Assembly: GCF_963506605.1 (NCBI RefSeq)
Contig: NC_083286.1
Coordinates: 44,888,001-44,952,000 of the forward strand
Reading direction: 5' to 3'
Length of the DNA stretch: 64,000 nt
Origin: Zootoca vivipara
Lineage: Eukaryota
The notes beneath the pieces are model-generated. The model did not search any database. It saw only the letters and a program-made list of their open reading frames with translations, and had not been told where the DNA came from. Positions within the stretch are counted from its first letter, which is position 1; the number at the start of each line of letters is the position of its first letter. Shown one piece after another: positions 36,226 to 49,269 of the stretch. A program made the translations under genes and the position numbers.

Positions 36226-38008
36226 TTTATTGAAATAAAGAACACTGACAGAAGGCAAGTTAAATATAAACAGAAGGACACAAATCTTTATACTGGGGTA
36301 TAATGGCTTGTGTAACCAGCAGAGTACCAAAATGACATTCTGAGATTGATTGAGGTATTTAACTAGTTTTTGGTGATAGAAACACTCTTGTCAATAAGAC
36401 TCGCTTGCCCCCAAGAGAGACTCACATAGCTTCAATGGCATTAGAGCCAAGAACTAAAGAAGGCAGCTGTTAGAAAAAATTTAACAGCAAATTAGCAGAG
36501 TATCTAATAAACATCAGCTTAAAAGTACGAGCCAAATGCAGAATTTCCCAGTTTCAAACATTTGGAAGGCAACACACCCTTGCTCTTATTTGTGGCTTAA
36601 AATATTTATATTTGTTAAAATAGCAAGTACATAAAAATACATGTTGACTTCTGAAGCAAATCATTTGTTTCTGAGCTACATTTATTTTCTTTAGAAATGC
36701 TTATGGCAGTGTCTCCCCACTCTAATTTGCTTTGCTTCTCAAAGCTTGCTTACATGATCCAAGATGCTTGGATTTTAAAATTCACAACTGTGGTCTATAA
36801 TAAAACTCAGTATTTTGTTTTCATTTACACGTGGTTTCAGGCCATGTACTGCAGCTTGCTGTGATCTGCTTTCACAAGAGCTCTACTCACCTGAGACAAA
36901 GGCTGTTACTGTTGACATGGTCCTTTGGATAATGTAATGTATAATCACAGCCTGGAAGGCAACCACATGGTGTGAGAAAGGGATACTTCTGGTTTACCCC
37001 TTCTGCTATCTCCAGCTAATCTCCCCTCCTCTTCCCCATCCCAACTGCTAAAGGAGACTAGTAAGATAACTACCAATAACATAAAGTCCAGCAGCATCTC
37101 CTCTTTCCTGCTCAGGATGACTTTGTGGCTTTCCTTGAGAACTTGGGACAGAGCTTTTGAAACCCTAAATCATCAAGGGGCCACATGTAACCATGCTGCT
37201 ACTGCTTTAGTGTGAACCTAAGCAAGTTTATTCGGAAGCAAATCCCACAGAGTTCTGTGGTGCCAATGCTGCAATCGTAAAATATATTTTAACACATCAA
37301 ACACAGTGGGACATGATCCACCAATGAGAGTCCTACTTATTTTCTCCATTCGGCTGCGCATCAGTGTGGAGATGGCAATGCACCAGCCAGCAACCATTTT
37401 GTTGGTTGAATGTGCAACCTGTGACCAAGGAACAGCAGTAGCAGGCTCTTGAGTTCTGCCTAGTTCACAGCAATGTTTCGGTATGGTACGGATTTGTACC
37501 CACAGCTCAGTGGCAGAAGGCTCCAGGGTTTGATCTCTGGCACCTCCGCTTTTTAAAAGAAACGATTAGGTAGTAGGTTATGCAAAGGTTCTTTGCCTAA
37601 ACTCCCGGAGAGCTGCTGCTACTCAAGAGTGGGCAATACTGAATTAGATGCGTCCAGGATGTGGGCTCAGTTAAGGCAGATTTGTATGATTCCCCCGGCT
37701 TGAAGTGGGCCCTGCACCCTGCACCCTGCACCCTGCACCCCACAGCTCAGAACACTGGACTCCAGAAATTCTCAGTTGGAGATGCTTTGGGTATTAAGGG
37801 CAGCATGGGAAAAATAAGCGGGGTGGGGTTGGGGGGCGTGTTTGCAGGGTCTTTGAATTTAGCCCCCGATTATGTAAACAAAATTTGAGATTGAAGTATG
37901 TTAAGGCGTACCTTGAGAGAGAAAAACACAGGTAAATTGTAAATGAGGCGTAAGCAACGCGACTTCTTTAAAGCCTCTAAACAACTGACGTGCAGAATAT
38001 GCCAAACA

Positions 38009-38058
<50 letters not shown>

Positions 38059-39352
38059 AACTACACTGTTAATAATACTGTACTGAGTTCTGTAGCTTCA
38101 TTTGATTTCGAGTCTGAGCTTTACAAACAGCCTGGAGCCCCCTGCTCAGCTTTCACTGAGCATATTAGCGCTGAGAAGTCCTCAACAGTTTTTTTTGAGG
38201 AAAGGACTTCAGGATATATTGTGAAGCATAGTGTTGTCAAGTCACTGGTGCTTATTTGCCAGTGTGTATTTCTAAACGTTCCATAAAAGTGGAATAGTGT
38301 TCTTGAAAGGCCCCGAAAAAATCCAAACCCATTGTAATTTTTACTGCTATACAAACTGTGTCATGTCTTGTTACAACAACAGACTCTTGTGACAGATCTT
38401 GTATGGTTTGTACATGTTGTGATTTGCTACATGTAAAATACAGAAGCATGAATAGCACTTTAAAGAAACAATTAGGCCTCAACAAACTAGTGTAGCAACT
38501 TTACATTTAGAGTTCTCTATAGCTTTTGTGGAGGTATAAAAATGTTCTGTAAAAAATAATATTCTCCTTATATTCTTTTCTTCTTTTAAAGTTGCTACAA
38601 TGATTGCAGCAGATACATTCCATAGACGGATCATTATAATTAAACTACAGTGTGCAGTGTAAATATAAAATATCCATGCCTGCTTGTCTAAAGTATTAAA
38701 ATATGTATATTTATATAAATCAAAATAAATGTATTATTTAGCCCAACAATTCCACCCCCCGCTGCCCTTCCCAGTATTTCATTCTTCAGGTCTCCCAGTA
38801 TCAACATCTCTGCATATGGTAGAATTTTAACATAAACTTGCTCAAACTGCAGAAAACACCTGACATTAGCTTTTCGAATAAAGATGATTTACGTAACGTT
38901 ACAATGCATTAAGAATGACCCCAAATCAACACCTACAAATAACAAAAGACACTCACGGCTACTGAACCAACCCCACCGACGTTTCATAAGACAATATTTA
39001 CAAGACACGACAGCAATACTGTGATTGATTCGACATCTCAGGTAAACGGAGACGGGACTGCACTAGCACCGCCGACACCCCTCTGAAAATACTGAACGCG
39101 TTTGTTTTGGTTGAAGCATACACACTCCCCAAGCCAACTCCATGCCATTGAAATATATACACTCCCCAATTCAAAGGCTCCAGGTGAGCACGGACGGCCT
39201 CCAATGTGAACACAGAGCTCCACACCAAAGTGAGCATTGAAAACCCCTGCTCACAGGGAGCTCTGCATGTGTTTCAGAGCCTCACAGAGGCATGGACCGA
39301 GGAGTGGGGAAGGGGGGGGGATGGTACCACTTCCTCCTCAGTCCAAGGAAAA
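36226..39352 (-). other. GHR: GHR 3'UTR (distal end tentative)
   Basis: AT-rich stretch with few TE insertions after the stop; minus-strand AATAAA candidates at 36681-36686 and 36226-36231. Confidence 0.5.
38012..38054. repeat. (AC)n microsatellite in the GHR 3'UTR
   Basis: Seen directly. Confidence 0.95.
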
Positions 39353-40327
39353 CTAGGGCAGCATTTTGTTTAGTTGGTCTGTGCTCACGTAACCGCAGGA
39401 CGCGATGAATTCCTTGTCTGGCACTGGGAGAGCGGTGGCATTGAGCACAAGGCCTTGCGGAGATTGCACTACGTGGATGGAGGTATAGTCTGCCACAAGC
39501 GCCTCGGCGCTTCCTGGCTCTTCTTGAACTCCTGCCCTCGCAGGATTCACAGCTGTAGGGGTAAGGCTCTCGGCGGTGAAGTAAGCGTTTTCAGGAAAGC
39601 TCTGGTCTTGAGCTTCTGGCTCGGCCTCTTTGTGAAGTGTCGCAGGGATGCATTTTTTCACATCCAGCTCACAGAAATAGGCACTGTCCATGTCGAAGCT
39701 CGGTTGGCACTGGGCAACTGGTTCTTTCGGAGTCTCGCTCGGATCTCTCCCCATCCTAACCTTTTGCCCCGGGGAAAGCACAACCCTCCCTCCCGGAGTA
39801 ATGTCGCTGACCAGCGTGTAAAAGTCAATGTTGGCCATTGAATTCTGGTTGCTCAGCTGGGTCTTGGCAGGGGGGCTGGTCGTCTCGATAGTGTCGGCGA
39901 CAGAAACATGGGCTTTGGGCTGCTCATCTTCGCCCGGGCAATCAGGCACACCCTCAAGACCTGACGCTGGCTTCTCGTTGTCCTTCTGGTCAAGGCCCAA
40001 GAGATCCTCCTCTTTGTGGTTTGCCTTCTTGGACTGGTCGATGTCTGAGGTTCCGTCACAGGTGTCGCTGGCGCTGAAGTCGGTCTCTGGGATATCCGGC
40101 TCACAGCAGCTGGCTCTCCCAGAATCGTCATCCCTTATGCCGAGGCAGCCGTGAGACTTCAAGCGGTTGTCGCCAAGGAGCCTGTCGGTATCCAATCCTC
40201 CGGTCCTCTCTTCTGCCTCGTCTATATCCAGCTCAATGAATTCTACCCAAGAGTCGTCTCCGTACAGTGGTGGCATGCAGCTACCATGACTGGCTAAGAT
40301 GGAGTTGACTTCGTCAAGTTTTCCTTT
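39353..40327 (-). CDS. GHR: Growth hormone receptor exon 10 (cytoplasmic domain)
   Basis: KGKLDEVNSIL...DSWVEFIELD (UbE motif), DSGRAS degron, DFY, AYF and DYTSIH tyrosine motifs, C-terminus GYVSTDQLNKMLP*. Confidence 0.98.
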   Translation of the reverse strand, partial: KGKLDEVNSILASHGSCMPPLYGDDSWVEFIELDIDEAEERTGGLDTDRLLGDNRLKSHGCLGIRDDDSGRASCCEPDIPETDFSASDTCDGTSDIDQSKKANHKEEDLLGLDQKDNEKPASGLEGVPDCPGEDEQPKAHVSVADTIETTSPPAKTQLSNQNSMANIDFYTLVSDITPGGRVVLSPGQKVRMGRDPSETPKEPVAQCQPSFDMDSAYFCELDVKKCIPATLHKEAEPEAQDQSFPENAYFTAESLTPTAVNPARAGVQEEPGSAEALVADYTSIHVVQSPQGLVLNATALPVPDKEFIASCGYVSTDQLNKMLP

Positions 40328-40552
40328 CTATAGAGCCAATTAAAATAAAATAAAATGAGAAATTGCAAGAGAGGAGCAACAGTTATCTGAATGATTAAAT
40401 ATGCCTGTAGTAGATGTGTTCAATAGAAAGGCCAGCTGAAGTCCCGAACTGTGTGTTAGAGCACACTAGATGGCTGGAAGAGAACTGCTAGTGTGCCGTG
40501 AAAAAGAGATCAGATTCATAATTGAAGGCTCCTGTGTGCCATTGCCGTAGAC

Positions 40553-40980
40553 CAGTGATGGCCAAACTTGGCCCTCCAGCTGTTTTGGGACTACAACTCC
40601 CATCATCCCTAGCTACCAGGACCAGTGGTCAGGGATGATGGGAATTGTAGTCCCAAAACAGCTGGAGGGCCAAGTTTGGCCATCACTGCCCTAGACCAGT
40701 GTTTCTCAAGCAGTGTGCCTCCAGATGTTTTGGGACTACAACTACCATCATCCCTAGCTAGCAAGACCAGTGGTCAGGAATGATGGGAGTTGTAGTCCCA
40801 AAACATCTGGAGACACACTGGTTGAGAAACACTGCCCTAGACCAGTGTTTCTCAAGCAGTGTGCCTCCAGATGTTTTGGGACTACAACTCCCATCATCCC
40901 TAGCTAGCAAGACCAGTGGTCAGGAATGATGGGAGTTGTAGTCCCAAAACATCTGGAGGCACACTGGTTGAGAAACACTG
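40553..40980. mobile_element. Tandem array of three hAT hairpin MITEs in GHR intron 9
   Basis: Units 40553-40688, 40697-40834 and 40843-40980, separated and flanked by CC(G/C)TAGAC. Confidence 0.88.
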
Positions 40981-41278
40981 CCCTAGACAACTGGTTCCCA
41001 AACTTTTCCTCACATCAAATTGCTTAGGGTCTTGGTGGACCATAGTTCTGCCTGTTGTAGCAATTGTAATGTGTTGTGCCATATGCTGTATGGTTTGTAA
41101 TTGTGACTTCATTGCTTCTTTTATTTCTTATATGCTGAATTTTATTGTATTGCTATTTGACTTCCATAGTATTCATTGTATTCCCCCCATAGCACTAGTC
41201 CTTGTGCCAAGAGTGGAAGACATGATCTCCTAATCCTCAAGAAAGCCGTCACACAACCAAATTTCTTAGGTAGTACAA

Positions 41279-41631
41279 CAGGGGTCCCCAGACTACGGCC
41301 TGGGGGCCACATACGGCCCCCGAGGCTCTTTTATGCAGCCCCCGGGGACCCCTGCCACCAGCTCTTACCAGCGCGGCGCGGTTGTCCACTTCTGACCCTG
41401 AAAAGCGATGGAAATAGCTTGTGCACACGCACAAGCGTCATTTCCGGTGTACTTCTGGGTCGGAGGAGGCTTCTGCACATGCGCACAAGCTATTTCCGGC
41501 GCTTTCCAGGTCGGGAGTGTGCCAGAAATGGTGTATGCGCATGGGCGTGCCCCTGCACGCGCTCTCCCGCCCTCCACGCGATTGGCGCGGCGGGCATCCG
41601 GCCCAAAGCCGGGTAAGTTTGGGGATCCCTG
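41279..41631. mobile_element. CpG-rich hAT non-autonomous element
   Basis: CAGGGGTCCCCA...GGGGATCCCTG termini; TSD TAGTACAA/TAGTACAC. Confidence 0.8.
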
Positions 41632-41722
41632 TAGTACACCATTTTAGACTGTTTAGTGTCACTACAGTCAGCTCCTCTGATCATTCTGGAAACACTTCCA
41701 TAGCTTCCCCACAACAAATTAC

Positions 41723-41792
41723 CTTAAAGAGGTCTGGATCGATTCCTTTAATTTTGGGAACTGGAACAGGAGGAAGAATCAGTATCTTTAAC
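41723..41792 (-). CDS. GHR: GHR exon 9 (Box1)
   Basis: [23 protein letters not shown]; 70 nt. Confidence 0.97.
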
Positions 41793-44700
41793 CTTGAAAA
41801 GAAATAGCAACTTTTAACAGAAAGAAACCTTTTGTGGCTACACAGAAGAAACACAAAAAGCATATCATGAATAATAAAAACAAATATGTGTGTTTTGGTA
41901 GCAAGTTGTTGAATACTTGGCTGGCATTGCACAAACCTGACAATATTCCAAACCGGGGTTTGAAGGACATTTTTGCTTCTTCTGTAGGAGCTTTTCTGAA
42001 AGTTATATAGAATTCTGAATTTGCAGAATTCTGGACTGTGCCACTTTGGTCTGTATATTTCTGGACTTTCCCTTGAGTAAAAAGATCCCTGCATTTGGTG
42101 GTAGTGTCTAATAGGGAAGGATTTTGGAATATGGTTGCTGATTACTGCCAGGAATTTTTCCACATTAGACCAGAATTAAGTCCCAGAGCCATGCTTCTTT
42201 ATTTTATTTCTTACATTTATATTCCACCTTTCCTCTGCCTTGAGAGGTTTTTTTCTTTAAAAACAACAACAACCAAGCACTGTATACATTTTACTAAATA
42301 AGCACGCAAACAAAATGGTACTATGGTGTGGAAGCCCCTCAAATTCCAATCGAGTACAGATGTGTGTGTCCATCTGTCTGTGTATCTAGTGAGCAAGTCG
42401 TCCCATAAGCATGGTATGCTAAGAATTGTAATCAATTCATTTATTTATTCCTTTAGTGTTCTTGTTGTATTTTTGTATGTGTGTGCATGTACATGTTTTG
42501 TTGTTTGCATTCTAAACTGTATTTCAAAATAAAGCACCCTTCATGTGTAAAACTAAAATAGCAAGCAGAAAGGCTCAGTGTTGTCCTCTCGGTGATATAC
42601 TGTTTACTAAAGGCAAGGAGCCTTAAGTGGGAAAGCATTTGAAATTATTATGGAACCCCCCACTCCCAGTTTGAAATGATACAGCCCTTTCATTTTGCAT
42701 AACTTGAGAATGAATGCCTGCAAGATTCATATCTTGAAACTGGGAGACTGAAATAATAAATGTCATATCTAGCAATATTTTAGGAAAACAATGTGCATTT
42801 TGGTATGTGGCCAGGATGGGATTACTCAATATTGTGCAGAGTGCCTGTCTTACGAAAGTCAAAAGACATGTTGGAGAGAAATGGAAGGGAGGTCATCCAG
42901 TTCTATAAATAAAGGGTTCGTTGCTGTTGAGGATATAATTCTTCTCAATAGTGACATTGGCCTTCAGTGAAAGCCAGCAAAAAAAGCTCATGCACAAATC
43001 ATTGGGAATTAACTCAGCATGAATTCTGGTCTTTAGTAAAGGATGATTTGCAGCATATGAGAATTTCAAAAGCCATATTTAGTACTTTCTGAATCAAGTA
43101 ATTGATGTCAAATAAAAGGATGGGTAAATTTCTTCTCTTGTGTTTGTTCTGTTTTGAACATCTGTTTACTATATACAGTATAACCAATGGGGATAAAATC
43201 CTCACTGGGAGGTTAAATATGGAGACCCTTGGAAGTCCCTGTTAATTCTATGGTTCATCCATTCAATCATCTGGCAACATGTATGGGTAACACAGCTATC
43301 ACAGATGTTAACACCACAGACAGATTTATTGTCAGATAACCCTAAGATACAAATACTCAGTCATCAAGTAATAGATCCTTTGTACAGATGAGAAACTGAG
43401 GATGAGTTGCTAAGTTCATGACTAAGCAGGGATTTAAAGTCCGGCCAACATAGTTCCCTCCAGATGTTGTTGGATCCCAATTCCCATAGATCCTAGCTGG
43501 CATGGCCAATGGTCAGGGATTATGGGAGCTGTAGTCCAACAAGATTTGGAGGGCGCCATGTTGGTTGCCTCTGCTTTAGGGCAAGAAGCATGCCAATAGC
43601 TCAGCTCCCAACCCTGCAATTAACTTGACTAAAGACCAATTCACACCATCAACTAGGCACAGTAAGTAGGCAGGCTGGGTGGAGAATGTGGGTAGAATTA
43701 AGCATAGGTAGAAGCTACAAGGCAATTGCCTCTGCACACTCACTACTAGCCCTGAGTGCAATCCACCTTACAAATACTTCTGGTCATTCTGCTTTTGGCG
43801 GCTTTCCAGTAGCATGGGCAATGTGTGTTGAGTTACAAACTGTAGGGTGAAGTAATTGCACGTCACCTTTGCCACTCTACCCATGAGCCGTTCAATTTCT
43901 TCCCCCAGAATTAGCTCTATGTGCTAGCAGATCCTGCAAAAGGCCTTGTATTCTGCTGTTTAGGAAGCCTGTATTAACAGTGCAGACAGAACACTGCAAG
44001 CATTGATCAATTAGATGAAGGGAACAAAGCTTTAATTGATCATTCTTTCCCAACTCTTTTAAGTGATGGGATCAAATCTAAATTTGGACAGCTCATGGGT
44101 GAAGGTGATTGGTGAGGTAGTAGGATTGTCCAAGGCTCACATTTATAATTTAAGGCTGTTTTGGTACTGGTGTGTTATTGTAATGAGGAATAAGAAAGCA
44201 TCAGAGAGATGGCCTTTTTCTGACACCTCAGTGGTATCTTTTGATCATGGACAAGTGTGAAAGAGGTTATCTTCCTTCAGTATTTCACAGAGGCACTGAT
44301 ACTTAGATATGGATGCATGCAAATGGACATGAATGCAAATCAATAAAATAATCAGAGGAAATACATTTAATTATTCAATTCCAATTCCAAAATCAGTTGA
44401 TTGGCCTTGTAAAAAAGGAGAACCTGTACAATGGCACATTCACTTTTTCATATAATGCCTGTGCAGTGAAAGCCCAAAGCACATGTCAATGTTAAATGCA
44501 TTTAGCATGCAGCTTTTAGAAACTGCAAATACCATCTGGTGTTTGTTTTTGTGTGTGTGTATGATAATCATGCAGATCAGAGCTTAATGTACCATACTGT
44601 GTCTTCTGGTTTTGGTTCCCCCCCCTCCATCTCAACTGGTAATTGACCGAAATAAATAAATGGAAAGGGGGGGGCGACAGAGGAATTTAACTCTTTCTCC

Positions 44701-44982
44701 CCTGCAGTGATCCTGAGGAAAATACCTCCATGGAAGTTAATATCTGCATTGGAAGGGTATCCCTCATAGTGCCATATCACGCTTCCATGCCTGCTGCAAT
44801 CCGAATAACTATCAGCCTCCCCGCTGATGATATATGCAGTTTAAAAGCCCCACCCCCTACAAATGAAATTCAAAGATGCTTTTAACATCATGTGTAGTTT
44901 GGGCTGTGCTCTGTACTGGGATCCCTGCATCCAGAGAATTAGGATGCAAGCCTTTTTATCCCCACTAATGCTGATTTCACTG

Positions 44983-45016
<34 letters not shown>

Positions 45017-45018
<2 letters not shown>

Positions 45019-45301
45019 GTGGTGCCTCGCTTAACGAATGCCCTGCTTAACGAAATTTCCGCTTAACGAAAGGATTTTTCGAGCGGAGGTTGCCTTGCTA
45101 GACAAATTCGTTTTATGAAAAATTCGTCTAGCGAATCGCGGTTTCCCAGAGGAATGCATTGAAATTCAATTAATGCGTTCCTATGGGCAAAAAAAATCCA
45201 AAAAAAAAATCAATGCATTCCTAAGGGATTCGCTAGACGAATTTTTCATTATAAGAAAAGACCTGTGGAATGAATTAAATTTGTCTAGCGAGGCACCACT
45301 G
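45017..45301. mobile_element. Tc1/mariner MITE (second family)
   Basis: CAGTGGTGCCTCGCT...AGCGAGGCACCACTG|TA. Confidence 0.78.
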
Positions 45302-45901
45302 TATATACACATACTAATGTTAAAAGGATCTCTCCTTCCGCATGGCTTGAGCCATGCTTCCTCTCACTTTTCCTGGAACCACCGCTTTTTTAACTGTTGC
45401 CTTGAGGAGCTTTGTGTGCCTGTGTCGCAGAACGTCGCAGAAACTGGGAATGGATTTTCTCACTGGTCTGTCTGCATGAACAGTTTAATACAACAGCGAG
45501 CCATTGGCCAAAGCTGATGTGAGCAGGCTGTTTGTGTGACGTCAGTCATGAACCCACATGAGATCCACGAGCTGTGAACTGACATGAGGTTGTGGCTCTA
45601 ATGTTATAGGATGCAACATGAACAGAATGTTCACATGAGCTTTCTGTTAGTGCAAAACAGACAACTAACAAGTCTAATCCAGTGGAAGGGATCCTTAGGC
45701 CTGAGGGGCTGAATGAGGTCCAGAGTAGGCCCACTGAAATTAATGGACCTATGTTACTCATGTCCGTTCATTTTAATGGGTCTACTACATTGAACAGGGC
45801 CAACACTGGATCCATTTTTACTGAAGTGTGGGAGAAGATTTAGGACAACTGGTTGTTCAAAGAGTGACACATTGTCACGTGCAATCTAGCAAATAACTTA
45901 C

Positions 45902-45995
45902 TTCTTCTTCTGTTTAGAAAAAAGCACCACAGTTAACATCACCATTACGCCAAGTGTACCAAAGGCCATCATCAAAGGCCAAGGAACTGAGAATT
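45902..45995 (-). CDS. GHR: GHR exon 8 (transmembrane)
   Basis: (E)FSVPWPLMMAFGTLGVMVMLTVVLFSKQKK; donor GTAAGT; 94 nt. Confidence 0.93.
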
Positions 45996-46709
45996 CTGAA
46001 ACAAGATAGAAGAACAGTGAGCTGTTTCAGTTATTTGGGTACTCTCTAGTATTCTTTGATCATCTCATGCTGATACACACAGACAGACAGAGAGAGAGAG
46101 AGAAGGAGAGAGGGAAACCCACATATACGACGCCCCCATGTATGACACCCCCTATTTTTGGGGACTCAAATTTAAGAAAATGGGGGGGGAGGGAATGTCA
46201 CAGAGTTGTTGAGCTTTTTTAGGGGGCATTACCAAGGGTTGCTGAGCTTTTTTTGGGGGGGGGGGAATTGCTGAAAATCACTCACCCGCATGCGTCACTA
46301 CGGTAAATCTGCCTCTTGTCTGTCCCCTCTCCGGTACCCACCCAATTGCCGCAGCGTCAGCCAAAATCAACACCAGCCATTGAGGCAGTAACCAATAACA
46401 CGGCCAATCGCTGCTGACAGAAGCAGCAGCAGCAACCAATCAAAAGTCCACCCTATGCACTATCCATGTATAACACGACCCCCACTTTTTAGCATAATTT
46501 TAAAAGAAATAATACCCTAATCTTACACATGGAAAAGTACGGTATTAGTTTTGGGGTGTGTCATGACAGTGGCAGGCTTTGGAGCCTGAGGGGTGCTGCT
46601 TCAGAAGCCCACCCTGGCACACATATCATGTCTGCAGTGAAGCCGGGGCATAGAAGTTGGGCATGAAGTGGAGATATTTCAAATAAGATCTCTTTCCCAC
46701 CCCACTTAC

Positions 46710-46872
46710 CTTCGTCACATGGCACCTGGCCTGCGGAGCCAAAAGATACGTAGAGGATGTCACTGAAGTCGCCATAAATTTCAGACACCCCTTGCGCCCG
46801 GACTCGTATCTCGTAATCGCGGCACGTCTTCAAAGCATATACCGGAAAGACTGTGGCTCCCTTTGGCTCCAG
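46710..46872 (-). CDS. GHR: GHR exon 7 (YGDFS, the WSXWS-equivalent motif)
   Basis: LEPKGATVFPVYALKTCRDYEIRVRAQGVSEIYGDFSDILYVSFGSAGQVPCDE; 163 nt. Confidence 0.95.
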
Positions 46873-46974
46873 CTGGAAAAATAAACAGAGCGGTTTTCTG
46901 AGCAGTCTCATGAGCAAGGCTGCTCTTTGCACATAAGCAAAACACTTATGGGGGGGAGTCTTAGAATTACAGAT

Positions 46975-47115
46975 TCACAGAACTGTAGAGTTCGAAGGCA
47001 CCCTAGGGTCATCTAGTCCAACCCCCTGCAATGCAGGAATCTCAGCTAAAGCATCCATGACAGATGGCTATCCAACCTCTGCTTGAAGCAGAGTCCACAA
47101 CCTCCCGAGGGAGTT
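46975..47115 (-). mobile_element. CR1 3' fragment
   Basis: Similar to the 63059 fragment. Confidence 0.65.
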
Positions 47116-48315
47116 CGGCAGTCAGCTGTAAGCAGCACTGAATTCAGGGGAGCTCATTCCAGTAATGGCTATTATTACTATTATTATGGTCTGGGTTTGA
47201 AAAGGCACTGAATGGTACACAACTTGAATCTGATTTAAAGAATTAATAAGGGCCATAATCTTCAGTTAACATGCTGCAATTAAAAAAGGAGACAATGGAC
47301 TGAAATGAATTTACATCTCTAAACAAATCGTTAGTAATTTTAAAGTCATATGGTTACTTGAATAATGCATTAGAAACGCATTAAAGCCCAACTGAGACTG
47401 AAGCGGCTGCAATTAAAGCCACCCACGACAGTTTAAAATAAGAGGCAATGCAGGGAGTAGATGAACAATTACTGCAACGAAAAGGAGAAAATATTAACAA
47501 CGGCACTGAGAATCAATAATATAGGAAAGCTGTTGGGACAAAACAATTAAGGGAAACTTACCTATTTCACTGAAAGTTCAATGTAGATAAGATGCGCCAA
47601 CATTTGCAGCACAATCTTAATCACATCTACTCAGAAGTAAGCCCTATTGAACTCAGCGAGGCTTATTGCAAGGTGTGTTAGGCCTGGATAGCAGTCTTAG
47701 GGATTAAATAAGCTTTCCTTAACAAGTGTTGGGTTTATTTATTCTTTATGTGTGTGTTTTTATCCTGCTCCGTCAGGCAGCACCATTGTCTGCATCCTTT
47801 GCGATCACTGAGTAAATGAACGACATCAAATCTGCAGAAACTAGAAGCTGCCGAAAACTCCAGTTGGTGCTGTGCTGTCCTTGGACCAAGGAGGGACACT
47901 GATCCACAGCTGGCTGTGGTGTGTAACCTTTTTTGGTCCAGGGGCCAAACTAGACTCCAAGGGCCACATGCTGGTGGCCAAAGAAGTGTGCGTGTGGCCA
48001 AAGAAATGGCCATACCACGCTTTTGCACACATATGTGTGCACCCACCCAGCCCAGGGCACACATGTGGAAATCTGGGTAGGATTTGAACTTGCGGCTCCA
48101 GAGCCAATCTCAGGACAGCAGAAACATACACCATCTACTCCACTGTGCAGAGCCCCAATTTAGTTGGAGGGTTTCTGTTCCTTTTTTTGCACCCCTGCTG
48201 CCACCCGATTCTCAAGCGGTCTTCAGGGGCCACAGAAAACCACTTCAGGGGCCGGGTCAGGGGTTAGCCACCCCTAAACATTACAGTCTCTGGGGCTTGC
48301 TCCTAGTACACATAC

Positions 48316-48494
48316 CTCCCTCCACTCTGTCTCGTTGACTTCTTTGTACTGCAGCTGGTAGTGGAGGGTGATCCATCCATTCTGAACGTCTGCGGAGGGT
48401 GGAGGCTTCCAGGTGACCTGGATATCGGTATAGATGCCTATTGGGCTGGTGTTCAGAACAGTCCAGTTGAGTCCGACGGGAGGGTCTGGTATGA
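48316..48494 (-). CDS. GHR: GHR exon 6
   Basis: (V)[59 protein letters not shown]; 179 nt. Confidence 0.96.
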
Positions 48495-49269
48495 CTGTGA
48501 ATTAAAACGCATTTTTACCCCAACGAGTACAGATCATTTTTTGAAATTTCTCGAAATCCAATGACAGAAGGGAGTTGTGTTGCTTTTAAAAAAAAAAACA
48601 CCAAAGCATTCGCAGTAGGTCCACAGAGTAGGACCATTCCTGTGACTGATAGCCCAATGCTGATGGACACTTGTTCATTGTTAGTGTCAAAGGGCCCTAC
48701 GCACTGTTAGAAACTTAAGATATTTAAACTAGGCACCAAATGGCTCCGTAAACCGCCAAAACAGAATGTCTAGTTGCCATTTTGGGGGAAAGATGGCTCT
48801 AAAGTTTTATTTTTCAAATGATGGACTGACTGTGACTGATTCTCACATTAAAAATCCGGCTAGTTCAGATGACAACCTTGAGAGAGGTTAAGAACTTTGA
48901 GAACCTAAAGAAGAAGAGCCACTTTATCCAGTCCATTGCTTAGCTAAGGCCGCTGGGGCAAACCGTGCCAGATCTGGCCATGGTGACGTATACTGCAGTT
49001 GCATCTCATCTGGAGTACTGTGACAAGCTGGTGCCCTCTAGATGTTTCGGAGCATGACTCCCACCCCCAGATCCTAGTGCCCCAATAAATCAAATAATAA
49101 GTTCAATTAAACAGCTGCCCTTACGTGATGCTCAAAATCAGCTTCCTGGGGCAACACGCTCACTTCTGCCTAATGGTAGGGCTAGGCGCTGCTTCAAAGT
49201 AATATGCAAATTAACCTTTGGTTACAAGGCTGCAACGGAAGCAGAGCAGAGCACGTAGCAGAAACATAC

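Noticed and set aside
37711-37740. Short tandem duplications ((CCTGCAC)4; also 27671-27702, 35100-35161, 54560-54598)
   Set aside because: Ordinary slippage repeats with no evidence of function.
39374-40154. Plus-strand ORFs of 155 and 108 aa
   Set aside because: Antisense shadows of GC-rich GHR exon 10.
40545-40988. Repeat-spacer pattern superficially like a CRISPR array
   Set aside because: Vertebrate DNA; the units are TIR-bounded MITEs with 8-bp TSDs, and there are no cas genes.
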